Part shown: positions 13,435 through 27,063 of the stretch, in pieces
How the letters are laid out: the number at the start of each line of letters is the position of its first letter
How positions within the stretch are numbered: position 1 is the first letter of the stretch
Assembly: GCF_018977255.1 (NCBI RefSeq)
Contig: NW_024704743.1
Location: forward strand, 99,760,001-99,824,000
DNA length: 64,000 bases
Direction: 5' to 3'
Source: Callorhinchus milii
Lineage: Eukaryota
The notes under the pieces: generated by a model
What the model saw: the letters and a program-made list of their open reading frames with translations, nothing else
Databases searched by the model: none
What the model was told of the DNA's origin: nothing
Translations under genes and position numbers: made by a program

Positions 13435-13830
13435 TCCACCTGCTGTAGCGTATTGGTTAGAGCACTCAACTCACAAGCAAGCGGACTCTTGTTTGTTTCC
13501 CAGCCAAGGCAAAACCTTAAGCAAGTTTCTGTTTACCACATGCCTCTTGTTACCTAGCAGTAAGTAGGAACCAAGTTGTTTTTGTCAATTGGCAGATTGC
13601 TTTCGGGGGTATAATAACCTCTTCAAAAATAATAATGATGTGGTCATTCAATCTATGAATGTTTGTGGGACACTGCTCTGCGCAATTGACTGCCGCATTT
13701 TGCCCACAAAATATACAGTCAATTCACTTTAGAGTATATCCTGTGAAGCGCTTTGAGATGTCTCAGCAACTTGATAAGGTGTAATAGCAAAATACAAGAA
13801 TTACTATTATTATTATGAGCATTATTATTA
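13435..13830 (+). mobile_element. tRNA-derived SINE (long form)
   Basis: Same head and tail plus an internal cct...tacctagcagtaagtaggaacc segment. Related copies lie at 14305-14628(-), 45893-46200(+), 47550-47901(+) and 50049-50330(+). Confidence 0.8.
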
Positions 13831-16184
13831 TGAACATGGAGATCTTCGGACCCAATTATTATTCCAAATTTCAATGTACAAAATAATAGTATACTAAAAT
13901 AGTATATTTGTCTGACTCTCACAAAGCATCAATCCAAAATGACAGCCAAACCAATATGCCAAAGTTAAGTGTGTAGTGGGGGTGGGGTGGGGGGAGAGAG
14001 GAAGGGAATTCCAGACTGGAAATTGAATTATTTTATTTTAGCATTCAGTTGGTAGCCTCAGAGTCAGAAAGTTATGAATTCAATCGTTGGGACTTGGAAC
14101 TCATAACCTAAGATGAGGTTCCAATGCATGCATTTTTGGATGAAATGTTAATTCAAGGTCTGTCTGCCCATTCATGCGGAGTTCAGGATCCCTTGACCCT
14201 ATCCAGAAAGAGAAGAGAGTATCTTCCAATATTCTGGCCAACAATCCCCCAGATAAAAATAGTCATTCACTTCATAGCTGTTGTGAAACATTGCTGAAAC
14301 ATATAATAATAATAATAATAATAATAATCCTTGCATTTGATATAGCGCTTTTCAATATATTGTAGGCGAAACGTGTCAGCCAATTGCACACAGCAGTGTC
14401 CCACAAACAGTCGTGAATTGAGTGACAAATTATTTATTTATTTTTTGAAGGGATTATTACCCCCGGAAAGCGATCCATCAATCATTATCGACTAGGTTCC
14501 TACTTACTGCTAGGCAAACAGAGGCCCGTGGAGCAAGAAACTTGCTTAAAGTTTCAGCCTGCCTGGCAACTGATCCCAGGTCCTCTTGCTTGCGATGCAA
14601 GTTCTGTAACCAGTATCCTACAGGACTCACTAAATATTAAAAGAGAGGCATATTTAACTTTAGCAGAAAACTTAATTATACTTAAAACAACAATATTGAT
14701 GTATCTTGTTTAATGTCTAATCTATTTGAATTTTCCATCAATTTTCAATGTAATGCATGACTCTTTTCATAAATGCTTCTTTGAATACAGCTACATTTTA
14801 TTCCTTGTTAAGGAGAAACAATTTTGAACAAATGTTTTAATGTGCTTGATTTGGGACATGATGTACTGTTAATCTGTAAATGACGCCTCTTCATTTAATA
14901 TTCTGTTCTTTTTCCTGTAACTATAACATAACATCTGTTCCCATCTATGATGTTCATTGGGCATCAGCCATTTCATTCAACAGAGCATTTCAGCTCAGAT
15001 AAATGTAACAAATAAACACTGGGAATAAAAACACAGGACACAGCAGCATACTGTGGCATCAAGCTTTATAGACTTGAAATACAGGATTATCATAGGGATT
15101 TGTATTTCTCAAACCTGCGGAAGTCAAGAGATGATCTGACTGAAGTCTTTAAAAAGAATAATTGGAACTGACAAGCTAGATACAGAACTACTCCTCCCTT
15201 TAGTAGGAGAAATCAATACAAGGTGACATAATCTTTAATTTAGGATTATATCAATTCCAAATGGATTCAAAAAAGACTTTGTCACACAATAGGATGTGAG
15301 AATGTGAAATGTATGTCTCAGCAAGCAATGGATGACAAATTTTGCAAGCTCTGTGGTTGAAAGGTAGGACCATAGCATGGAGATATAAAGGGCATCTCCT
15401 GCATGGAATCCCACTGGCGTCACCTGCAAGAATTCAACTGTGAATGCAATCTCAAACCCTTACCTGAGGTATCAAGAGATGGCGTGACTTACATAGGATG
15501 GGGCTCTTTGCAAAAGGCACCTGTTATGTCTTGAGGTAACTCTTCTGGCACCTGCCCCAGTTACACTGCTACAGTTTTCCTGCTCAAGGGCTCTTACAAT
15601 CCCAGGAAAGAGGAAGAATAGCGTGGACGATGGCGTGTTAGGAGGAACACAAATGGAGAGGGTTAAACTAAACTAAACAGAAGAGAAGGAAAGAAAAACT
15701 GCCAAAGAACTGATGAAAACTGCAGCAAGGAGAAAACAAGAGAAACGGAAAAATAAGTAACATAATGAGTCCAGGCAAAGCAGCCAGATTCATTCTAAAT
15801 AGGAAATTGCACCAAACTCAGGAAAGAGGAAGGAACAAGAGAGAGAGTGGCAAACCCCAGAGAATCAAAGCAATATAGCACCACAGTCAGACTGTATCAT
15901 CGGGGGCACAAGCACTGGTGACTCACCTAAGACAGAAGTGATACCACCACATGCTGAGACTGTGACAGTCACAGTTTGTTAGTGCCATGCAGGCAGTTGT
16001 CCAAATACATAAAAATAAATATTACTTCTGCCACATTGCAGCGCTGGCCCAAGGCCAGAGCAGTTGACATTGCTTGTGACTCACTCTCATTGACCATTCA
16101 CTCCTTATCCATTCCAGCACCCCCTCCAAAACATAATAGAACAGAACACTTCAACCCACCAGAGGAGAATTAAGAATCAGTTAT

Positions 16185-16790
16185 TCAAACACAACAACAA
16201 CAACAAGGCCTTTCATGCCGGGAGGACATCACAAGGTGCTGGACAGTCAGGGATTTGGACCCGAGCAGGGGTTTGGGATCAGGTGGGATGGAGGGCAGGG
16301 AGGGTAGGGGTAGGAAGGTGGCCAAATGTGCCGTCGAAGAGGAGGGTCTTGAGACGTGTCTTGAAGGAGGCAAGGGAGGGAGCAAGGCAAGGAACTGTGA
16401 GATGGAGTTCCAAAGGGTGGGGACAGAGAAACTGAAGGCCCAACCACCGATGATGGGGCAGGCTGGGCAGGGGACGTGGAGCAAGCCAGAGCCTGCTGAG
16501 TGGAGGGAGCGGACAGGTTGATATGGGGTCAGCAGGTCACAGAGGTAGGATGGAGCAAAGCCCATCCTTGCTCCATCCTTGAAGGCAAGGACGAGGATTT
16601 TGAACTCTATCCTCTAGGATGGGGATGGGGAGCCAGTGGAGCCAGGTGAGAGTGGAACTGATAGGGTCACAGAGCCTGGTGCGGGAGAGGACACAAGCTG
16701 CAGAGTTCCAGATGATCTGCAGCTTGTGCAGGGAAGAGTTGGGAAGGTCGACAAGCAGGGAGTTGGCGTAGTCTTACTTAGATGTAATAA
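16185..16790 (-). mobile_element. L2 LINE 3' fragment
   Basis: APSYLCDLLTPYQPVRSLHS...AFSFSVPTLWNS and (TTG)n tail on the minus strand. Confidence 0.85.
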
Positions 16791-18899
16791 ATGAATGCAG
16801 TATGTCCTGGGGACAGAGAAAGTGAGGCAAACTAAAGGAAGCATTGGAGTTAAATTTGGAATATTTCTTGAAGGAATTTCTTCATAAGGAATCTTGTTAG
16901 AAATCCTGAAGTGCACCACTCTGCAAGCAGATGGTGTGGGATCGGAGTTCCTGCAGGTCGGGGTCACTGTGAAGGATTCCCCATTTGCATGACTTAGATT
17001 CCATGAAAAAAATTCACTTAACACATACTGCAAAGGTATGCCGTAAGACAATTCCACAAAGGCAATGATATATTTTGCTGCTTTTCTCCTGATGTATGCG
17101 GTCGCTATAAAAGTGTAAGAGAGTACATTTTGGGAGGAAGAATACCCAGAGCAACTATATTCTAAATGGTACAATTTTAAAAGAAGTGGAAGAGCTAAGC
17201 CTTAGACCTTGGGGGTTAACATACATAAATATTCTACTCCCCTCTTAACAAATTTAGGATCCCATCAACTTTCTTCACAGTTTCATCCACTTGCCCTCTC
17301 AGCTTTAAATATTTATGAGCTTGAACCCACAACCCTGTGATTCAGAGGTGAGATTTCTACTAACAGAACCAGTCTGGTAATATGGGTTCTATTTCATGAA
17401 AACGGTAGCACATGTTTGAGCTGGTAGCTGTGACACTCAGGATCAAGTAATACAATTATAACAATGCATTTGAGATATTGCCTACAAAGTTCAGAATATT
17501 TCAAACCATCTATTAATTTTCTGTGAAGTGTAGTGACTGCATATTTTGTAAACAATCGCAGCAGCCAATTTGCACACAGCAAAGTTTTATAAACAATCAT
17601 GAAATGAATGATCAAGTTATCTGGGGATTGTTATCCGGACATTGGGAGAAATGAACTCCATTCTCTTCTCAAATAGTGCCATTGGATCTGCTGAGCAGCC
17701 AGATGGGACTTTGGTTTAACAACTCATCTGAAAGAGCCCCAGCACTTCCCTGGAGTGTCATCTTAAATGATGAACTTAAAGTGTAGGAATGGAAAAGTTC
17801 ATCTCTCTGAAACACTCTACAATCTCCCTGAAAGCAGCTTGTTAATCTCTCCTGTAAAAGTTTAAGGTATACTTTTTTTCTTATAAGAGCAGTATATTGA
17901 GCCTGTAGTTGGGTTTAATCACAGTGAAAGGTCAGCCTTTGCTGTCAAACTAAGTTGTGCATGTGGCTCACAAACTCACAAGCACAGCAACCTTCTTCCT
18001 GACCTTTGGTATTCCAGTAACCACAACTGATGTCAAATGCTGTCATGCTTGCCATCTTGCATCCTGAGCTACTAAACTCCCCGGGAGGATTTAACAAGCT
18101 ATGTGCACAGCAGTTATCCCCATATGTGAAACTTGTTAATGAAATAATTTAAAATAACTTTCTCAACACCGGTCCTGGCACCCTGGGTCTTATGACAATT
18201 GGACCTGGTGAAACTGATGCTTCAGCGGTGAAGGCATCTTCTTTTATGCCCTGTGTTTTCGTCCATGAATGATGCAGTGTAGCTACTTAGATTGTCCTCC
18301 CACTAATATGCTCATCTCTTATATCTAGTGCTCCAGCAAACTTTGATGGACACAAGCTCTTCAACATTCTCTGCTAACCTGAAGTAGTCAGTCAAACTCC
18401 TGGTTCTCTGCAGAAACTTGAAAGCAAAGCTTATTGTCTGAACTGACACTCTAATGCAGTATTAGAGGTGTGTCTTTAAAATGAGATGATAAACTGAGGA
18501 CCTAGCTGCCTTTTTCTGGGGGATGTTAAAGATCCATGGGCACCATTTGAAAAGAGAAGGGAGTTTCTCCCAGGTCATGGCCAGCAATCCTCCAGATACG
18601 TTGTTCATTTACCTCGCTGCTGTTTTTGTCAGAAACAAGAGTCCTACCAGTGAGCCAGGCTCAATTCAGATTAAATCAATTCATACTCTTTTCCCCTTTG
18701 TTTCTTCATCTTTTGACGAAGGCCATGCTTTCAGTTGCTATGCTCTGACCATCTTGAACTCCCTGCCCCAATCCTGCCACCTTGCTCCCTCTTTGTCCGT
18801 CTTCAGATCACAAATGAAGACTTCCGTCTTCAATCATGCCTATGGTCACCTTTCCTTTCTCTCTGGCTCAGCGATCTCCTCTAGTGGATCTCCTCTCAC

Positions 18900-19058
18900 T
18901 GCCTCCAGTGCTTCAGGGTTGTGGTTCCTTGAAGGGGTGAGATCAAATGAGCTGATGGTTTTGAACTTCTCAGAATGTTGTTATCCAATAGATATATCCT
19001 TCAAGGAGATCCTTTCCATTGAGATCATTCAGAATAATGGAACTTTAGCAGATTGTTA
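18900..19058 (-). pseudogene. Pseudo-exon, RGS-like start
   Basis: ctttcttgtcag acceptor and gtgaga donor. ILNDLNGKDLLEGYIYW resembles IL.D..G..LF..FL. Confidence 0.4.
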
Positions 19059-19186
19059 CTGACAAGAAAGATTGGAATCATCACAAACATTTTCTAAGAG
19101 TATTTTTAAATAGTGTTTCTGGAAAACATCTAAGATTAGACAAATTCCTCATCTGCCCACTTTGGACAATGAGGAATTTGTCTTAC

Positions 19187-19282
19187 CTGATCATCTTCCT
19201 TTGATGATAAGTTGTTGAATAAATATTTTCTTCAATGTTCAAAATCTCTTCTCATCTAAAAATGGATTCAGATCAATCTCCT
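19187..19282 (-). pseudogene. 96-nt pseudo-exon
   Basis: ttatttcag acceptor and CAG|gtaaga donor. EIDLNPFLDEKRF*TLKKIF. Confidence 0.45.
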
Positions 19283-20605
19283 CTGAAATAACATGCCACG
19301 GTTTTGTGATATTTTAATCAATATTGGCATACTGTATTACAAATAAAATGATGAGGCCTTATTTTATCATAAAACTTCAAAATGATACATCGTATCGTAA
19401 ATTACAAGCATATGGTTGCACAGCAGATTATGCTGAGCACCAAGATTAATGAACAATTTTGAATGTAACAACGTGAAGACTATAACCCATCTCAAACAGT
19501 TTGCAAACGTGCCCTGGACCCCAAGATTAGATCAAAACGTCTTATTAATTCACTAGCAAACAAAATCTGTTGTATATACATTATGATCGTAGGTAAAGTT
19601 ATGACTCATTTTGGGAGTGCAATCCAGGAATGCATTGACATTTCTGAGAATCTTCAAGCTGTTTCAATTTAGCGCTGGCTTCATAAAAGAAAATTATTTC
19701 TCAAAGTATAGATGATTGAAGTGAGCAACAATCTGCTCATCAGGTTCCTTTGACATTATAGGGTGAAATTTCCATCTTTTCATGAATAGAGATCCCATGG
19801 CACAATTCAAAAAGAGAGGGAAGGTGGCCAAATATGCAGTCTAAGAAGAAGATCTTGAGGTGGACCTTGAAGGAGGCAAGGGAAGAGGTGAGTCGAAGGG
19901 ATTCTGGGATGGAGTTCAAGAAGGTGACGGTAGATAGGCTGAAAGTGGTGGGGGGTGGGCCAGGCAACATAAAGCTGAGCGGAGGGAGCAGTTGGTTGGT
20001 AGGGTTTTTTAGGATGTCACAGAGGTAGGATGGGGCAACACAGTGGAGGCATTTAAATGATAGGACGGGGATCTTGATCCATATGTGTTGAATGCTGCTT
20101 TTCATGTTTTTTAAAAGGAAAATCAGGAGCACAGAGTCTTCAGCTTACAACAAATAGTTAATCTTCTGAATGAGAAGATGGGTTGGTTTCATCACATAAA
20201 AATAGGCTATATTTCAACTCAGCCAATATCCTGTAAAAGCAATTTCAGATGCTTGATAAAATGTATATTCTGGAAGAATGGCCACAAAACATGTCCAAAA
20301 TGGTTTGAAACAAAAACAACAACAACAACAAAATTACATTTATAGAGCGCCTTTCATGTCGGGAGGACATCCTAAAGCGCTGAGGTTCTACTGAGCAAAC
20401 TATTGTCCCAAAGCTGTGGGGAACTTACAATTGATGTGATTACATTGAATTAGTTATGAAACATAGCACGCTCCCCCCTCCATCCACCCGCCACCCCCAG
20501 TATTTACCTCTTCACCACAGATAACTTCAAGTATCTAATTAATAATTGTCCAAATTAGTCCCGTTAACAGGAAATGAATCATGTGACTTCTATGAGCAAC
20601 TCAAG

Positions 20606-21026
20606 GTGTCAGCCTGGCTCAGTTGGTAGAACTCTTGCCTCTAAATCAGAAGGTTATGGATTCAAGCCCTATGTTGGGACTTGGAACTCATATAGCCTAA
20701 GATGACACTCCTGTGCAGTGCTGGAAGTGCCATCATTAGAGATGTTAAACTGAGGCTCCTTTTTCCTCTTCAGGTGGATGTTATAGATCCCATAGCACTA
20801 TTCAAAAAGAGAAAGGAGTTGCTCTCGGTGTCCTGGCCAACAATCCCCCAAATGAAAATAGTCACTCACTTCATGACTGTCTGTGGGATATTGCTGTGTG
20901 CAAATTGGGTGTTGCATTCACTCACAAAACAGAGTCATTGGACTTTACAATATACCCTGTGAAATACTTTGGGACGTTCTCCTGATATGAAAGGCACTAG
21001 ACCACATGCAAGGATTATTATTATTA
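20606..21026 (+). mobile_element. DeuSINE/SacSINE1-like SINE, near full length
   Basis: gtgtcagcctggctcagttggtag head, Deu-like core and tail. Further copies lie at about 10975-11330(+), 17450-17790(-), 21890-22312(-), 46370-46793(-) and 59075-59345(+). Confidence 0.8.
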
Positions 21027-21409
21027 ACTCTAACTTGATTCTTGTTGGTGGCGACAGAAGGAAAACCATGTTGAAAGTCATCCATCATCTGAGAAGTGTA
21101 GCGTGGGAAGCAGTGGAGAAATGTGAAAGGCAACACCTGACACATATCACCTACCACACAGGTCATTCATCTTTGCTTACAACAACAACAACTTGGATTT
21201 ATATAGCGCCCTCCACGCCGGACAGCATCTCAGAGCGCTTCACAGTGATGGATCCTGGGGCCGAGACTGGGGGAGGGGGAGAAGGTGACCAAAGGCACAG
21301 TCGAAAAAAAAGGTCTTCAGCCAAGACCTGAAAGAACACCTGAAAGGACAGAGAGGGGCATATAAGATAGAGGGAAACGGCGGGGGGGGGGGAGAATCAG
21401 GAGTCTCAC

Positions 21410-21633
21410 CTCAGAATCTATTCCTTGAGTTAGTGAAGACAGAGTGCTGCAGAGCCTTATTGAATGAAACTGTAATTGATGTTGTGCAGATTGGATTCAA
21501 CTAAATGCTTGATAGCAACATGACACTTTTCCATCACACTCTGCAACTTGACTGGGCACAATTAGTTGAACAGGTTGGTGTTCTCATCAGTCTGCTGGCT
21601 ACATTAGTCATTGTGACATTGTCGCTGATCCCT
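21410..21633 (-). pseudogene. Pseudo-exon
   Basis: Strong tttattttcttctacag acceptor and GAG|gtgaga donor. Frame with five stops, including LQSVMEKCHVAIKHLVESNLHNINYSFIQ*. Confidence 0.5.
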
Positions 21634-22527
21634 CTGTAGAAGAAAATAAATTCAACAGAGTCTAAAACACGGAAATTTCAAACAGGATTCCAAGTGGGGA
21701 TTCCTTCCAGTAACAGGAAGCATGCTGTACTGATTCTCAGGAATTCCACTCTGAAAATGGATTGAATCGGAGGGTTTTCCCTCAGATTGATGTGACATGT
21801 TTCCCAATATCTAATTAAGGGATTTGATTTGACGCTGTCGTATTTTAGATTGCAATAGCTCCCATGTGAATCATTCTGATGCAGCTTTGCAAAGTGGACG
21901 GCACTATATCAAATGCAAGTATTTTTGTTGTATAACACCTTATTACTTCATTGAACATTATAAAGTATAATGACTTTGTAAGTGAAAGCGGCAGCCAATT
22001 TGTGCGCAGTAATGTCCCCCAAATATCCAAGATTGAATGACTGATTTTATTTGGGGGAATGTTGACTAGAACACCAGGAGAAACTCCCTTCTCTTTTTAA
22101 AAAGTGCCACAGGATCTTTAACATCCACTTGACAAGGCAGATGGAACCTTGATTTAATGTCTCATCTGAAGACAGCACTTCTGACAATCAAGTGCTCCCT
22201 CAGCACTGCATTGGAGCATCAACCTAGACTCTGGGCTCAAAGTCCAGATGTGGGCTTAATTCACAACCTTTTGACTCAAACTCAAGAGTGCTACTACCTG
22301 CACCAGGTTGACAACTACAGTAGTTGAGCCGAAGGCTGGCCCCCGAATCACCAGTGTTAGTTAACACATAATAAGTCACAATTTTAACAAAATTGGCTTA
22401 GAAAATCCATTGATTTACATCACATTTTATCACATTCCTGTTATCATGGAAACCATTAACTTGACCCCAGAAAGTAGTGCCTTGGCACCTTTAATGTGTA
22501 GCTATATGCTCAGTTATGTCATTATTC

Positions 22528-22678
22528 CTGTTTTGAGTAAATAGATAAAGTGGTTTAGAGGAGAAATAATCATTCTGGTTCCACTGTTTGCATTTTTTAA
22601 AAATATTGTAATTGATGAAATTAGCTTGAATTAGATTTGTATTTATATTATCTCTAACACAATCTGAACTATTCCAAA
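22528..22678 (-). pseudogene. Pseudo-exon, RGS-like C-terminal helices
   Basis: tttcttag acceptor. WNSSDCVRDNINTNLIQANFINYNIFKKCKQW, like RGS VNI...R..I..NL......F..AQ. The donor appears mutated (AG|ga). Confidence 0.45.
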
Positions 22679-23129
22679 CTAAGAAACCAAGAATGATCAT
22701 TTGTTGCATTTGATTATAGAAGCGCTCTGGGACCTACATGAGGGGCGCTATATTATTTTTATTATTATTAGTTTTTGTTGTTGTGAAATGCACTTTGCAT
22801 ACCGTAATGTCCCAGAAACAACCACAAAGTGAATTAACAATTTTTATCTGGGGTATTGTTGGCCAGCACACAGGGAAAAACTCCAACCTCTTTTGAAATA
22901 GTGCCATGGGATCTTTAACATCCACATGTAGACAGAAACTAAGTTTAATGTCTCATCCAAAAATGGCACCCCTGATAATGCAGGGCTCTCCAGCAATGCA
23001 TTATAGTGTCAGTATTAACTGTGAGCTTCAAGTCCCAAATGGGAACATCAATATTTGTCTTATTTCAGGGTTAGAGCGCTCTCTTGTGGTGAAGTTTTAA
23101 ATATCAATTTGAAACAAACACAAAAAGAC

Positions 23130-23366
23130 CTTTCTCTGTGTGCATGCTAGTCCTGATGAAGTATGGCATATCAGCGATTGCTCCAGAGAATTACAGCAGC
23201 AGTAACATGCAATCTGATTTTATGGGTTAGTGACCACATGTGCCATGTAACTGAGCTGTGCTATTAATGTAGCTGGCAAAATCCCACAGGAGTTTGTTTG
23301 CCAAAACATGGAATCAAGGCTTGTATGTGACTCAGAAAGTCTGAAGCTCAGTGATATGGTTCTGGA
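23130..23366 (-). pseudogene. Pseudo-exon, RGS-like domain start
   Basis: ttttattaatag acceptor. FHVLANKLLWDFASYINST...LLLL*FSGAIADM, like RGS/RH L..VL.N...L..F..YL...LL.FW. Confidence 0.5.
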
Positions 23367-23908
23367 CTATTAATAAAAGAATAAAAACAGATACTTTGCT
23401 TTTTTACTGCAGAATTGAATTTATTCGCAGAAGTGAATTCAAGCCACTTTTAGTTAAGATCAGTGGCAACATTCTCAGAGGACATATCGGGAAATGTCAA
23501 TAATACCCTACAGTAAACGAGTTGAAAAGAAAGCACACAAACAAATAGCAAAAAAAAGGTTTGGCTTTCTGATTACTGATTGCTTGCTACTTTTAAATGT
23601 TTCTGAGTCTTACTGAAGCATTTTGTTGTTGAGATTGGAAGATAAGGGTGGATTTCCATCTGCAAAGAATTAGATTGAAATTGTCTAGTTATGACGACCA
23701 CAAAAGAACATCATCACCACATCTGCATTTGAGGTCCCAGAACTGAAAGGGCAATGTTTAGTACACTGTGGATCTGTCATGGGTTGGTCATCAATGCTAA
23801 TCTTTTCATTACATGTTTATAATTAACTTTCCTAACAGAAACTCATAACCAAACATTCATATTTTTAACAATTGACCTCAATGTCTACTTCCCAGTTTCA
23901 TCCCTTAC

Positions 23909-24090
23909 TTCTCCGAAGGCAATCATTTATTTTGGGAATACATCAAGTACTTCAGGAGCCCAGGCAATGTGTGTTAAGCAGCGAGTTAACTGTGGGAATA
24001 TCACAGCTGAGGCAGCCTGTATCCATGTACCAATGTTCAGGTCCTCATTTTCCAGCAGGAGACATTGGATACCAATCAAGAGCAAATATC
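23909..24090 (-). pseudogene. Pseudo-exon
   Basis: tttactag acceptor and gtaagg donor. Near-open frame GYLLLIGIQCLLLENEDLNIGTWIQAASAVIFPQLTRCLTHIAWAPEVLDVFPK*MIAFGE. Confidence 0.5.
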
Positions 24091-24144
24091 CTAGTAAATT
24101 TATTTTCCCCTCCTTACCAACATTTTACATTTATACACATCAAA

Positions 24145-26152
24145 AGGACATTCATCACATTTAGGCTCGACTACGACAATTCCCTGCTTGTCGGCCTTCC
24201 CAACTCTTCTCTCCACAAGCTGAAAATCATCCAGAACTCTGCAGCTCGTGTCCTCTTCTGCACCAGGCTCTGTGACCCCATCACCGCCACCCTTACTCGG
24301 CTCCACTGGGTCCCCATCCCACGGAGCATAGAGTTCAAAATCCTCGTCCTTGCCTTCAAGGCCCTCCACGGCCTTGCCCCTCCCTATCTTTGAGACCTGT
24401 GGACCCCATATCAACCTATCTGCTCCTTCCACTCAGCAGGCTTTGGCCTGCTCCACATCCGCCACCCAGCCGGCCACACCATTGACTGCCAGGTCTTCAG
24501 CCTTTCTGCCCCCACCCTATGGAAATCTTATCCATCCTCTCTGGCCATCACTATAACACACATGAAACTGACCACCTGCTCCCTTGACCCCATCTCTACC
24601 CCTCTCCTTACCTCCTAGCTCCACCTCCTTGCCCTTCTACTCAAAGATATCATAAGCCTTTCCCTGTCCACTGGCACTGTTTCCGCCCCTTTAAAAACAA
24701 CCATCATCATTCCTATACTTAAAAAACCCTCACTGGACCCATCCCTGCTCTTAATCTACCGCCCCATGTCAAACTCCTTTTCCTCTCCAAGGTCCTGGAA
24801 TGAGTCATTGCTTCCCAATTTTGCTCTTTCCTCTCCCACCACTCCCTTCACAAACCCTTCCAATCGTATTTCCATGCTACCCACAGCACAGAAACAGCCC
24901 TGTTCAAAGTGACAAGTGACATTTTATCCATCTGCGACCAAGGCTTCCTCTGCCTCCTCATCCTCCTTCACCTGTCTGCTGCCTTTGATACCGTTGACCA
25001 CTCTATCATCCTCCACCACCTCTCCTCTTACCTCACCCCATTGTTCTGCCCTTGAATGGATCAGATCCTACCTCTCACACTATCTCCACTTCATCTCCAC
25101 AAACAGTTTCTCCTCTAGCACCAACACCGTCTCATGCAGTGTTCCTCAGGGCTTTGCCCTTGGTCCCCTCCTCTTGGTAACATCATCTGCAGACATGAGG
25201 TCAACTTCCACATGTATGCAGATGACACCCAACTCTATCTCTCTGCCTCCACCCTTGACTCCAGGACCTCTGCTGTCCTGACAGAATGTCTGTCAGACAT
25301 CAAGTCCTGGATGAGAGCTAACTTTCTACAGTTGAATCTCAAAAAGACCGAGGCTCTCCTGATGGGCTCCCATCAGCGCCTCCACACCTCAGGCACTAAC
25401 AGTATCACCATCCAAGAATGCACACTCCACCTCACTGAGTCAGTCCGGAAACTTGGCATCTTGTTTGACCCTCAACTATCCTTTCTACCCGACATCCGTG
25501 CCATGACCCGCTCTGCCTTCCCCCACCTCTGCAACATCGCCCGGCTCCGCCACTGTCTCACACCACAGGCCGCCAAAACCCTCATACACACATTCATTAC
25601 ATCCAGGCTTAACTATGCAAACGTGTAGCTTGTTGGCCTCCCCAACTCTTCCCTCCAAAAGCTGCAGATCATCCAGAACTCTGCAGCCCATGTCTTCTCT
25701 CGCACCAGGCTTTCCATCACACAGAGAATACAGTTCAAGATCTTGGTCCTCACCTTCAAAGCCCTTCTTGCTCTTGCTCTCCCCTAGCTCTGCAACCTCC
25801 TAACCCCTTGACAACCTGCCCACTCCCTCCGCTTAGTGGGCTCCAGCCTGCTTCAAGTCCGCCACTTCGTCCCACCCCACTATTGGCAGCGGGCCTTTAG
25901 CCACTCTGTCTCCACCCTCTGGAACTCCATCCCACAGTCCCTCCGCCTCACCCCCTCCCTTGCCTCCTTCAAGACCTCCTCAAGATCCTCCTCTTCGACC
26001 ATGCCTTCGATCACCCTCCTTCACCCCATGCCCTCTCCGCTCCCCAATCCCGACCCCCAGCTCGTGTCCTCAACACTGATTATCCAGAGCTTTGGGACAT
26101 CCTCCGACGTGAAAGAAGCTATATAAATGTAATTTTGTTGTTGTTGTTGTTG
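24145..26152 (+). mobile_element. L2 LINE fragments (a 3' piece followed by a longer RT-to-tail copy)
   Basis: RLDY.NSLL.GLP, LHW.PI..RIEFKIL, HMYADDTQLY, WM.ANFLQLN..KTE. (TTG)n tail at 26135-26152. Confidence 0.9.
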
Positions 26153-26236
26153 AATAAAGTATTTCAATTAGATACGCCTTTTATGAATTAATTAAATTCA
26201 AAATGCAAAAAAATTGATAAACATAAGAAAACTTAC

Positions 26237-26273
26237 CCTTAGCACAACCTGATTTTGGTTCATCGGTTAAAAC
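26237..26273 (-). pseudogene. 37-nt pseudo-exon
   Basis: ttattag acceptor and consensus AAGG|gtaagt donor. VLTDEPKSGCAK, phase-1 join to 23909-24090. Confidence 0.45.
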
Positions 26274-26746
26274 CTAATAAGTACGGATAAAGACCCTGTG
26301 GTGCATTAGATCTCATCCTTCTAGAATACGCTTTCTGCCCATTATAATATTATGTATGCTGTTCCTTAAATGAATCTAGTGTCCTGGCCACCAGTAAACT
26401 TCCTGATAATCTGTTCCAATTGTTAATTATCCCATGTATAAAGAAAGTTTGTGGATTATCTCCTGAAATTCCCTTCACTACTTTGAACTTGTTCCTTCCT
26501 GTCCTGCTGATTTTGCATATCTGAAAATATTGTCCTAGATTTACATTCTCAATCCAATGTTTTGGAATTGTCACAAAGTGACATTGCTGTGCACACATTG
26601 ACTGCATAGTTCATCACAAAATATGCAGTTACACCACTTTACAGCATATCTTGTGAAGCACTTTGTGATGTCTTGACAGCATCATAAGGCTCTGTATCAA
26701 ATGCATAAGGCGCTGTAAAACAAATTTTAGAACAAAAAGTGATAAT

Positions 26747-27063
26747 TAATAATAATAATAATCCTTGCATCTGATATAGCGCTTTTCATGTCGGGAGGAC
26801 GTCCCAAAGCGCTTCACAGAATACACTGTAAAGTGAATTGACTGTGTATTTGTGGGCGAATGCGGCAGCCAATTGCGCACAGCAATGTCCCATAAACAGT
26901 AGTAGATTGAAAAACACCAATTTATTATTGTTTTTGGTTTTGAAGGGATTATTATTAGGCGTGTGGAGTAAGGAAACTTGCCCAAGGTTTCGCCCTGCCT
27001 GGAATTGAACTCAGGTCTCTCGCTTGCAAAGCGAGTGCTTTAACCACTGAGCTACAGGACTCC
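26747..27063 (-). mobile_element. Young tRNA-derived SINE (short form)
   Basis: Near-full reverse copy of the same family. Confidence 0.92.

Noticed and set aside
16614..17174. 186-aa minus-strand ORF
   Set aside because: One end is L2 and the other borders CR1-like sequence, with no recognisable domain. It cannot be tied to the pseudogene with confidence.
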